In this document: positions 30,591 through 38,722 of the stretch, piece after piece
How positions within the stretch are numbered: position 1 is the first letter of the stretch
How the letters are laid out: every line of letters starts with the position of its first letter
DNA from: Acidobacteriota bacterium
Lineage (GTDB): Bacteria; Acidobacteriota; Vicinamibacteria; Vicinamibacterales; CAVVIG01
Assembly: GCA_016195265.1 (NCBI GenBank)
Contig: JACPZW010000062.1
Span: forward strand, 9,904 to 73,903
Direction of reading: 5' to 3'
DNA: 64,000 nt
Notes under the pieces: generated by a model
Databases searched by the model: none
What the model saw: the letters and a program-made list of their open reading frames with translations, nothing else
Told to the model about the DNA's origin: nothing
Program-made: the position numbers and the translations under genes

Positions 30591-31348
30591 TCTCTCTGCA
30601 GCATCTCGTCAAAACCTACGGCGCGTTCACCGCGGTCGACGACGTCAGCCTCGACGTCGCGCCCGGAGAAATCCACGGTTTCCTCGGGCCGAACGGCGCG
30701 GGCAAGACGACGACGCTCCGCATGATTGCCGGTCTGCTGAAGCCGACATCCGGCCGCATCGTCGTGAACGAGCACGATCTCGCGGCCGAGCCGGAGGCGG
30801 CGAAGGCGTCGCTCGGGTTCATTCCGGATCGGCCGTTCATCTACGAGAAGCTGACGGCCGGCGAGTTCCTGCGTTTTCACGCCGGGCTCTACGGCATCGA
30901 CGGCAACGGCGTCGGCGAGCGCGTGTACGAGATGCTGGATCTCTTCGAGCTCGGCCGCTGGGAGAACGAGCTCGTCGAGGCCTTCTCGCACGGCATGAAG
31001 CAGCGGCTCGTGATGAGCGCGGCGTTTCTCCATCGGCCGCAGTCGGTCGTCGTCGACGAGCCGATGGTCGGACTCGATCCGCGCGGCGCGCGGCTTATCA
31101 AAGATGTGTTCCGCAGAATGAGCCAGAAAGGCGTCGCGATTCTGATGAGCACGCACACGCTCGAGGTCGCGCAGGAGATGTGCGATCGCATCAGCATCAT
31201 TTTGAAAGGCAGGATCATCGCACGCGGGACCGTCGATGAGCTCCGCGCGCTGGCCGGCGGCGGCCCTGGCGGCGACGTCCACTTGACCGAAGTCTTCCTG
31301 AAGTTGACCGGCGGATCGGGCCTGCAGGAGATCGACGAGGTCATTTGA
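30587..31348 (+). CDS. ABC transporter ATP-binding protein
   Basis: Walker A GPNGAGKTT, signature-like HGMKQRL, Walker B VVVDEP. ATGA overlap with the upstream gene. Confidence 0.9.
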   Translation: MISLQHLVKTYGAFTAVDDVSLDVAPGEIHGFLGPNGAGKTTTLRMIAGLLKPTSGRIVVNEHDLAAEPEAAKASLGFIPDRPFIYEKLTAGEFLRFHAGLYGIDGNGVGERVYEMLDLFELGRWENELVEAFSHGMKQRLVMSAAFLHRPQSVVVDEPMVGLDPRGARLIKDVFRRMSQKGVAILMSTHTLEVAQEMCDRISIILKGRIIARGTVDELRALAGGGPGGDVHLTEVFLKLTGGSGLQEIDEVI

Positions 31349-31353
31349 TGAAG

Positions 31354-31382
31354 GTGACTGGTGGCTGGTGGCTGGTGGCTGG
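31354..31382. repeat. GGTGGCT word array
   Basis: GTGACTGGTGGCTGGTGGCTGGTGGCTGG. Related words lie inside a CDS at 56367-56416. Confidence 0.7.
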
Positions 31383-31400
31383 ACGGTCGATTCTCGACGC

Positions 31401-33101
31401 ATGACTCACGATTTCACTTTTCTGCTCCGTCCCCATTTCCTTTCCGCGCGCAACCGCGCCGAGCGGCGCGAGCGTGGCGACCTCACGCGCGGCTTCCTGT
31501 TCGGCGGCATCGGCGTCGCTGTCTTTGTCGCGCTATTCCAGGGCGCATCGTGGCTGACGGGCCAGCTGGAGGATTACGCGGAGCTGGGCGACTACCTGCT
31601 GCGGATGGGATTGTCGTGGCTGTTCCTGACGTTCTTGTCGTTCCTCGCGTTCAGCGGCGTCGTGACCGCGCTGTCTACGTTCTTTCTGGCCGACGATCTG
31701 CGGCTGCTGCTCGCGGCGCCGGTCGCGGTGCGCCGGGTCTTTCACGCGCGGTTTCTGCGCACCCTCGTCCAGGCGTCGTGGATGGTCGTGATCTTTCTCG
31801 CGCCGGTGCTCGTGGGGATCGGCTGGGCGCGGTGCGCGGGGCCGTCGTTCTACGCGATGGCGATATTCACGGTCGCGCCGTTCGCCGTCATCCCGGTCGC
31901 GGCCGGCTCGGCGGTCACGCTGCTGCTCGTCAATACGTTTCCGGCGAGGCGGGCGCGCGATCTCCTGATGCTCATGGGCCTGCTGTTCGCGGCGAGCATC
32001 GTGATCCTGCTGCGCTTCATCCGGCCGGAGCAGCTGCTGCGCGTCGAGTCGCTGCCGGACTTGACGGGCTTCTTCGCGACGCTGCAGTCGCCCATCACGC
32101 CGATGCTGCCGTCGTTCTGGGCGGGGGAGATGCTGTTCTCGACGCTGCGCGGCGAACGCGACCTGCTGCACACGGCGGCGCTCTGGTCCACGGCGGTCGG
32201 GTCGGTGGTGCTGCTGCGGATGGCGGGGGAGCGGTGGTACTTCACCGGTTACAGCCGATCGCAGGAGGCGTCGAAAGCGCGGTTCAATCAGCTGCGGATG
32301 CTCGACGCCGGCGTGCGCGCGCTGCCGATGTCGACCGTGCGTCGGCAGCTATTGATAAAGGATCTGAAGATCTTCCTGCGCGACGTCGGTCAGTGGTCGC
32401 AGCTGCTGCTCCTGCTCGCGCTGGTGCTCGTCTACCTCTATAACTTCCGTGTCCTGGATCTCGACAAGATTCCGTACATGAGCGTGTTCATCAAGAACAC
32501 GTACGCGTTCGTGAATCTCGGGATGGCGGGCTTCGTGATGGCGACCGTCGCCGTGCGCTTCGTGTTTCCCGCCGTGTCCGCCGAGGGCGCGGCGTTCTGG
32601 ATTATCCGGACCGCGCCGATCTCGCTCCGCGACTTCCTGTGGTCGAAGTTCTGGACCGGCTTCGTGCCCGTGTTCGTCCTGACGGAGGGCTTGACGATCG
32701 TCGCGAATGAGTTCCTCGGCGTCGATCCGTTCATGAAAGGAACGGCGGCGATCGCGATCGTGTTCATGAGCCTCGCGCTCGTCGGCCTCGCGACCGGATT
32801 GGGCGCACGTTATCCACGGTTCGGTGCGGACGCGACGCAAGCCGCGGGATCCTACGGCGGCGTGGCGTTCATGGTCCAGGCCGTGCTGTTCATCATCGTG
32901 ACGATCGCGCTGCTCGGCTGGCCGTCGTCGGTCTACGTGCTCGCGCAGTTTCGTCACCTGCCGCTCAGCGGGTCACAGCTGTTCCTCATGGCGCTCTGCT
33001 TCGGTGGAGTGATAACCGTCAGCTTGACAATCTGGCTCACGTCGATGCGGTCAGGAGTCAGAGCGCTTGAGCAGATGAGTGAGGAGAGGCGAATCGGGTA
33101 G
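31401..33101 (+). CDS. Multi-pass membrane protein, probable permease partner of the ABC ATPase
   Basis: About 12 hydrophobic segments. Start taken at ATG 31401 because GTG 31368 lies inside the word array. The TAG stop lies inside the next word hairpin. Confidence 0.6.
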   Translation: MTHDFTFLLRPHFLSARNRAERRERGDLTRGFLFGGIGVAVFVALFQGASWLTGQLEDYAELGDYLLRMGLSWLFLTFLSFLAFSGVVTALSTFFLADDLRLLLAAPVAVRRVFHARFLRTLVQASWMVVIFLAPVLVGIGWARCAGPSFYAMAIFTVAPFAVIPVAAGSAVTLLLVNTFPARRARDLLMLMGLLFAASIVILLRFIRPEQLLRVESLPDLTGFFATLQSPITPMLPSFWAGEMLFSTLRGERDLLHTAALWSTAVGSVVLLRMAGERWYFTGYSRSQEASKARFNQLRMLDAGVRALPMSTVRRQLLIKDLKIFLRDVGQWSQLLLLLALVLVYLYNFRVLDLDKIPYMSVFIKNTYAFVNLGMAGFVMATVAVRFVFPAVSAEGAAFWIIRTAPISLRDFLWSKFWTGFVPVFVLTEGLTIVANEFLGVDPFMKGTAAIAIVFMSLALVGLATGLGARYPRFGADATQAAGSYGGVAFMVQAVLFIIVTIALLGWPSSVYVLAQFRHLPLSGSQLFLMALCFGGVITVSLTIWLTSMRSGVRALEQMSEERRIG

Positions 33102-33142
33102 TTGAGTGATTGGGTAACTGGGTAAATTACCCAACTATTCAC
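33096..33142. terminator. Word hairpin (TGGGTAA/TTACCCA)
   Basis: GGGTAGTTGAGTGATTGGGTAACTGGGTAA followed by ATTACCCAACTATTCAC. Confidence 0.5.
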
Positions 33143-33161
33143 GTCCCCAATTCGTCTAAGG

Positions 33162-33204
33162 TTGACATGCTACACCTGTAGCAGTAAGATGCTGCGCCTG
33201 TAGC
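33162..33204 (+). promoter_or_regulatory. Promoter with two BlaI/MecI-type operator dyads
   Basis: TTGACA (33162-33167), a 17-nt spacer, TAAGAT (33185-33190). GCTACAccTGTAGC (33169-33182) is a perfect dyad inside the spacer. GCTGCGccTGTAGC (33191-33204) is a second, imperfect copy. Confidence 0.6.
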
Positions 33205-33212
33205 ACCTGAAC

Positions 33213-33605
33213 ATGCGCACACCGCCTGCCCATAAACTGACGCGCCGCGAGCGCGAGATCATGAACGCGCTCTTCGCGCTGGCGAACCGCGCGACCGTGG
33301 AGGACATCCGCGCGCGACTCTCGGATCCGCCCAGCTACTCGGCCGTCCGCGCGATGCTCGTCCGCCTCGAGACCAAAGGCTACCTCCGGCACCAGGAGGA
33401 TGGCGTCCGCTACGTCTACTCGGCCACCACGTCGCACACCGCCGCCAGACGCGCCGCCCTCCGGCAGTACCTCCGCGTGTTCTTCGACGGATCCCTCGGC
33501 CAAATGATGACCGCGCTCGTCAGACAAGAAGCGTGGACCGACGAAGAGCTTGACAGGCTTCGCACCGAAATCGACCGTGCACGAAAGGGAAGGAAACAGT
33601 CATGA
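33213..33605 (+). CDS. BlaI/MecI/CopY-family transcriptional repressor
   Basis: Winged-helix region REREIMNALF...TVEDI...SYSAVRAMLVRLETKGYL. 4-nt overlap with the downstream sensor gene. Confidence 0.85.
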   Translation: MRTPPAHKLTRREREIMNALFALANRATVEDIRARLSDPPSYSAVRAMLVRLETKGYLRHQEDGVRYVYSATTSHTAARRAALRQYLRVFFDGSLGQMMTALVRQEAWTDEELDRLRTEIDRARKGRKQS

Positions 33606-35464
33606 CGGATATGTTGGCAAGGATGGCTCTGGCGGTCAGCAACTCAGACGAGCTGTCCCTCATTGTGAAGGCGACCATCGTGCTGGCGCTGACGCTCGTC
33701 GCGGCCGTGGCCGCGCGGCGCGCGCGCGCGTCCGTGCGTCATGTGCTGCTGACGTCGGCCTTCGGCGTCCTGCTGACCCTGCCGGCCATCGCGATGCTCC
33801 TGCCGCCCCTCGCCGTCACCGTTGCGTCGGCTCCCGCCGCCGCTCACCGGGAAGTACGCGTGAAAGCGATACGCGGAAACGACCTCGTGTACTACTCGAA
33901 CGTCGTCGAGGATGTGTCCGCGCCGTCGCTCGCGGGCCCCTCGCCGCGGCTCTCGGCGCTCCTGCGCGTCGCGTGGACTGCGGGCGCGTTCCTCTTCCTT
34001 GCGCCTGTGGGCGTGGCACTCTGGCGGCTGCGAAGGCTCCGCCGCCGCGCCGCGCCGTGGCTGCCGGCGACGCCGGTCGCGCGCATGATCGCGCGGCACG
34101 CCGGCGTCCTTCGGCCGATCGACGTTCTTCTCAGCGAGACGATCGCGACGCCGTTGACGTGCGGATGCGTGCGGCCCGCAATCGTGATGCCCGTCGACGC
34201 GCAGTCGTGGTCGGACACCGACGTCAGGCGCGCGCTGGTCCACGAGCTCGAGCACGTCCGCCGCGCCGACTGGCCGGTCCAGCTCGCCGCGCGCAGCGTC
34301 TGCGCGCTCTACTGGTTCCACCCGCTCGCGTGGATCGCGTGGCGGCACCTGTGCCTCGAGTCGGAGCGTGCGTGCGACGATGCGGTGCTCAGGAGCGCCG
34401 AGAGCGCGGACTACGCGGAACAGCTGGTCACGCTCGCCGCGCGCGTTTCACATTACTCGTTCCAGCCGGCGCTCTCGATGGCGGGCCGCAGCGATTTGGC
34501 CGCGCGCGTCAGAGCGCTGCTCGACGGCCGTCAGGCCCGCGGGCGCGCGGGACTCCTGAGAGCCGTGAGCGTCGCCGGCCTCGTCGGTCTGCTCGCGCTG
34601 ACGATTTCGCCGCTGCGGGCCGTTGGACGATCGCAGACGCAGACGCCGGCCGCTGGTCCCACCTTTGAAGTCGCGTCGGTCAAGCCGAACAACTCGGGCG
34701 ACGGCCGCGTGCAGATCATGAATCAGCCGGGCGGCCGCTTCACGGCGACCAACGTCACGCTGCGCCTGCTGATTCGTCAGGCGTATCAGCTCCAGGATTC
34801 CCAGATCGTCGGCGGACCCAGCTGGCTCAACGACGATCACTACGACATCGTCGCGAAGGCTGATGGATCGCAGCTGGAGACCCCGTCTGTCGCGCAGGCG
34901 CGAGGCGGCGGCCCGACGCCGGTGCAGATGATGATCCGCGCGATGCTCGCGGAGCGCTTCAATCTCGTCGTCCACAACGAATCGCGAGAGATGCCGATCT
35001 ACGCGCTGATCCTCGCGCGGAGCGACGGCAAGCTCGGGCCGGAGATGAAGAAGTCCGAGATCGATTGCACCGCGGTTGCCGCCCGGGGCCGCGGTCCGGG
35101 CGGGCCGCCGCCGGGTGGGCCGTCCGGGCCGGGGCAGCCGATGCCGTGCGGGATCAGAATCGGCATGGGCACGTTGACGATGGGCGGCGCGAGCCTCACG
35201 CAGTTCGCGAACAGCCTGGGGATGTTCGTCGGCCGCCTCGTGTTCGACCGGACCGGCCTCACAGGCGGGTGGGATCTCAACCTGACGTGGACGCCGGACA
35301 ACATGCCGCAGCGGCCGCCGGGCGCGCCGGATGGCCCGATCGATCCGAACGGTCCGTCGATCTTCACGGCGATCCAGGAGCAGCTCGGGCTGAAGCTCGA
35401 TTCGCAGCGAGGGCCCGTCGACGTCCTCGTCATCGACAAGGCCGAGCATCCGACCCCGGACTGA
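33602..35464 (+). CDS. BlaR1-type M56 peptidase sensor fused to a TIGR03435-like C-terminal domain
   Basis: HELEHVRRAD zinc motif after N-terminal transmembrane segments. The C-terminal FEVASVKPN...GGRFTATNVTLRLLIRQAY...IVGGPSWL is typical of the soil-associated TIGR03435 family. Confidence 0.8.
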   Translation: MTDMLARMALAVSNSDELSLIVKATIVLALTLVAAVAARRARASVRHVLLTSAFGVLLTLPAIAMLLPPLAVTVASAPAAAHREVRVKAIRGNDLVYYSNVVEDVSAPSLAGPSPRLSALLRVAWTAGAFLFLAPVGVALWRLRRLRRRAAPWLPATPVARMIARHAGVLRPIDVLLSETIATPLTCGCVRPAIVMPVDAQSWSDTDVRRALVHELEHVRRADWPVQLAARSVCALYWFHPLAWIAWRHLCLESERACDDAVLRSAESADYAEQLVTLAARVSHYSFQPALSMAGRSDLAARVRALLDGRQARGRAGLLRAVSVAGLVGLLALTISPLRAVGRSQTQTPAAGPTFEVASVKPNNSGDGRVQIMNQPGGRFTATNVTLRLLIRQAYQLQDSQIVGGPSWLNDDHYDIVAKADGSQLETPSVAQARGGGPTPVQMMIRAMLAERFNLVVHNESREMPIYALILARSDGKLGPEMKKSEIDCTAVAARGRGPGGPPPGGPSGPGQPMPCGIRIGMGTLTMGGASLTQFANSLGMFVGRLVFDRTGLTGGWDLNLTWTPDNMPQRPPGAPDGPIDPNGPSIFTAIQEQLGLKLDSQRGPVDVLVIDKAEHPTPD

Positions 35465-35517
35465 AGACAGACGGCAGACGACGATCAACGCAGAACTCGC
35501 GGAAACGCAGAGAAGGA

Positions 35518-38500
35518 ATGCCACCACGGAGGATACGGAGGACACGGAGAGCGATAGTTGGTGATCCCACGCTCGACGGGTCGAGTCTCTCGGCGCATTC
35601 TGCGGTTTCTGCGTGGTACGTCGTCCGTGCGCTCGTCCTGCCCGTGCTGATCATTGCGCTCTGGTCGCAGACGGGATTCGCGGCGGCCGATCAGTACGGG
35701 CGCGTGACGTTCGCGGATCTGCCGGTGCCGGGTGCATCGGTCACCGCCACGCAGGGCGCGACGAAGCGCGTGACGGTCACGGATCAACAGGGTGTCTATC
35801 ATTTCGCGAATCTCGATGACGGCGTGTGGACGATCAAGGTCGAAATGCTGGGCTTCGCGAGCGCGAGCCGGGACGTCACGATCCCGTCAAGCGCGCCGCC
35901 TCCGACCTTCGCGCTGACATTACGCAGCTTCAGCGAGATCACGGCCGGGATCACGCCGGTCGACGTTTCACCGCCGGCACCGCCCACCGGGACGAACGCT
36001 TCAGCGCAGGCAACGCCGGGCGCGGGTAGTACGCCTGCCCCGGCCGGCGCCCAGGGCGGCTTTCAGCGCGCCGCCGTCAGCGCGACGTCGGGCGGGACCG
36101 CGGTCACGGGAGATTCGGGCGGATCCGATGCGAACGCCGCCGACGCAGCCGATGGATTCCTGATCAACGGCAGCGTGAACAACGGCGCCTCGTCGCCGTT
36201 CGCGCAGCTCGCGGCCTTCGGCAACAACCGCCGCGGCGCGCGCGCGCTTTACAACGGCGGCGTCGGCATCACGCTCGGTAGCTCGGCGTTCGACACGCGC
36301 CCGTTCTCGTTCACGGGCCAGCCGGCCCCGAAGTCCGTCTACAGCGACGCACAGATTGTCGCCAGCTTCGCCGGTCCAGTCCGCATTCCGAAAGTGTTCA
36401 AGAACGCGCCGAATCTTTTTCTCGGCTACCAGCACACGGCGAATCACAACGCGACGGCGCAGTCGGCGCTGATGCCGTCGGCGCTCGAGCGGAGCGGCGA
36501 TTTCTCGCAGAGTGTCGACGCAACGGGGCGAGCGATCAAGATCGTCGATCCGACGACGGGGCAGCCGTTTCGAGGCGGCGTGATTCCGGCGGAGCGCATC
36601 AGCCCGCAGGCGGCGTCGCTCCTCGGTTACTACCCGGCGCCGAACGTGGACGGCGCAAGCCGCTACAACTATCAAACGCCCGTGCTCCTGACCACGCATC
36701 AGGACGCGATGCAGTCGCGGGTGACCGAAGCCATCGACCAGAAGAATCAGCTGTTCGGCAACGTGGCGTTCCAGCGCACGGCGACCGACAACGCGAACGT
36801 GTTCGGGTTCGTGGATTCGAATCGCGTGTCGGGCCTCGACGCCGCGATCAACTGGTCGCATCGCTTCAGCCAGTTCTTCTCGCTGCGCACGCGCTACCAG
36901 TACACGGGGCTGGCGACGAACGTCACGCCGAACTTCGCCGGCCTCGTCGACATCGCCGGCGCGGCGGGCATCGCCGGCACCAACCAGGATCCGGTGAACT
37001 GGGGCCCGCCGAATCTGATCTTCTCGAGCGGCGTCGCCGGCTTCAGCAGCGCGCAGTACGCATCAAATCAGGACGCGACGCACGGCTGGATGGCGGAGGG
37101 CCAGTGGGGCCGCGGCCGGCATAACCTCACGCTCGGCGGCGACATCAAGATCCGCCGGCTGGACGTCTTCTCGCAGCAGGACGCGCGCGGCACGTTCGGC
37201 TTCAACGGCGCGGCCACGGGATCCGATCTCGCCGACTTCCTGCTCGGCCTTCCGCACACGAGCGCGATCGCATTCGGGAACGCGAACAAGAACTTCCGCG
37301 GCATCTCGCCTGACGCGTACATCACAGACGACTGGCGGGTCAGCCCGACGTTCACGGCGAACATCGGCGTGCGATGGGAATACGAGTCGCCGCTGACCGA
37401 GCAGCTCGGCCGGCTCGTGAACCTCGACGTCGCGCCGGACTTCACGTCGGCGGGCGCCGTGCTCGCGTCGAATCCCGTCGGCCCTGTGGGCAATGTCACG
37501 GGGCAGCGCTACCCCGACGCGCTCATCCGCGGCGACACACGCGGGTTCGAACCGCGCGTCGGCGTCTCCTGGCGACCGGTGCCGGGATCGTCGCTCGTGA
37601 TTCGCGCCGGCTACGGCGTCTATCGCAACACGTCGGTTTACCAGTCGATCGCGATGCTGCTCGCGCAGCAGCCGCCGCTCTCGAAGACGCTCAGCGTCGA
37701 GAGCAGCGCGAAGAATCCGCTGACGCTCGCGAACGGCTTCAGCGCGACCCCGAACGTCGCGAATACGTTCGCGGTTGATCCGGACTTCCGCGTCGGCTAC
37801 GCGCAGAACTGGCAGGTGCTCGCGCAGCGCGATCTGCCCGCCTCGCTCACGATCACCGCGACGTATCTCGGAACCGCGGGCAGTCACCTGATGCAGGAGT
37901 TCCTGCCGAACACGAATCCGATTGGCGCGGCGAATCCGTGCCCGAACTGCCCCGCGGGATTCGCGTACCTGACGTCGAACGGCGCCTCGAATCGTCAGTC
38001 AGGACAGCTGCAGCTTCGCCGCCGGCTGCGGAACGGCCTGACGGCGATGATCCAGTACACGTTATCCAAAGCGACAGACGATGCGCCCGCGGCGTTCACC
38101 GGGGCAAGTCTGAACGGCGCCTCGATCGCCCAGGACTGGCGGAATCTCGGGGCGGAGCAGGGACCGTCGAGCTTCGATCAGCGGCACGTGTTCACCGCAC
38201 AGTTTCAGTACACGTCCGGCGCCGGCATGGGCGGCGGCGCGCTGATGGACGGCGCGAAGGGATCGCTGCTGAAAGGCTGGACGATCACGACGCAGATGAC
38301 CGCCGGCAGCGGTCTGCCATTGACGCCGATCTATCTGACGTCGGTCGCCGGCACCGGCGTGACGGGGACGATTCGCGCGAGCGAGACCGGCCCGTCGTCG
38401 TCGATGCCCGACGGCTTCTACGCGAATCCGTCCGCGTTCTCGGCGCCGTCGCCGGGGCAGTGGGGCACGGCCGGGCGCAATTCGATCCGCGGGCCCGCGC

Positions 38501-38703
38501 AGTTCTCGCTGAACGGCAGCGTCGGCCGGTCGTTTCTCTGGGGCGATCGTTTCACGGCGGACTGGAGGATCGACGCGACGAACGTGCTGAATCGTGTGAC
38601 GTACTCGATGGTGAACACAATCGTCGGCAGTCCGCAGTTCGGGTTGCCGAATCAGGCGAACGCGATGCGGAAGCTGCAGAGCAGTCTGCGCGTCCGGTTC
38701 TGA
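35518..38703 (+). CDS. TonB-dependent-receptor-like outer-membrane protein with a carboxypeptidase-regulatory-like domain
   Basis: GRVTFADLPVPGASVTATQG...DGVWTIKVEMLGF, a long beta-rich body and a terminal LRVRF. The start at 35518 lies in a CACGGAGG word array and is uncertain. Confidence 0.7.
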   Translation: MPPRRIRRTRRAIVGDPTLDGSSLSAHSAVSAWYVVRALVLPVLIIALWSQTGFAAADQYGRVTFADLPVPGASVTATQGATKRVTVTDQQGVYHFANLDDGVWTIKVEMLGFASASRDVTIPSSAPPPTFALTLRSFSEITAGITPVDVSPPAPPTGTNASAQATPGAGSTPAPAGAQGGFQRAAVSATSGGTAVTGDSGGSDANAADAADGFLINGSVNNGASSPFAQLAAFGNNRRGARALYNGGVGITLGSSAFDTRPFSFTGQPAPKSVYSDAQIVASFAGPVRIPKVFKNAPNLFLGYQHTANHNATAQSALMPSALERSGDFSQSVDATGRAIKIVDPTTGQPFRGGVIPAERISPQAASLLGYYPAPNVDGASRYNYQTPVLLTTHQDAMQSRVTEAIDQKNQLFGNVAFQRTATDNANVFGFVDSNRVSGLDAAINWSHRFSQFFSLRTRYQYTGLATNVTPNFAGLVDIAGAAGIAGTNQDPVNWGPPNLIFSSGVAGFSSAQYASNQDATHGWMAEGQWGRGRHNLTLGGDIKIRRLDVFSQQDARGTFGFNGAATGSDLADFLLGLPHTSAIAFGNANKNFRGISPDAYITDDWRVSPTFTANIGVRWEYESPLTEQLGRLVNLDVAPDFTSAGAVLASNPVGPVGNVTGQRYPDALIRGDTRGFEPRVGVSWRPVPGSSLVIRAGYGVYRNTSVYQSIAMLLAQQPPLSKTLSVESSAKNPLTLANGFSATPNVANTFAVDPDFRVGYAQNWQVLAQRDLPASLTITATYLGTAGSHLMQEFLPNTNPIGAANPCPNCPAGFAYLTSNGASNRQSGQLQLRRRLRNGLTAMIQYTLSKATDDAPAAFTGASLNGASIAQDWRNLGAEQGPSSFDQRHVFTAQFQYTSGAGMGGGALMDGAKGSLLKGWTITTQMTAGSGLPLTPIYLTSVAGTGVTGTIRASETGPSSSMPDGFYANPSAFSAPSPGQWGTAGRNSIRGPAQFSLNGSVGRSFLWGDRFTADWRIDATNVLNRVTYSMVNTIVGSPQFGLPNQANAMRKLQSSLRVRF

Positions 38704-38722
38704 AGGCAGGCGAAGAAAAGAA

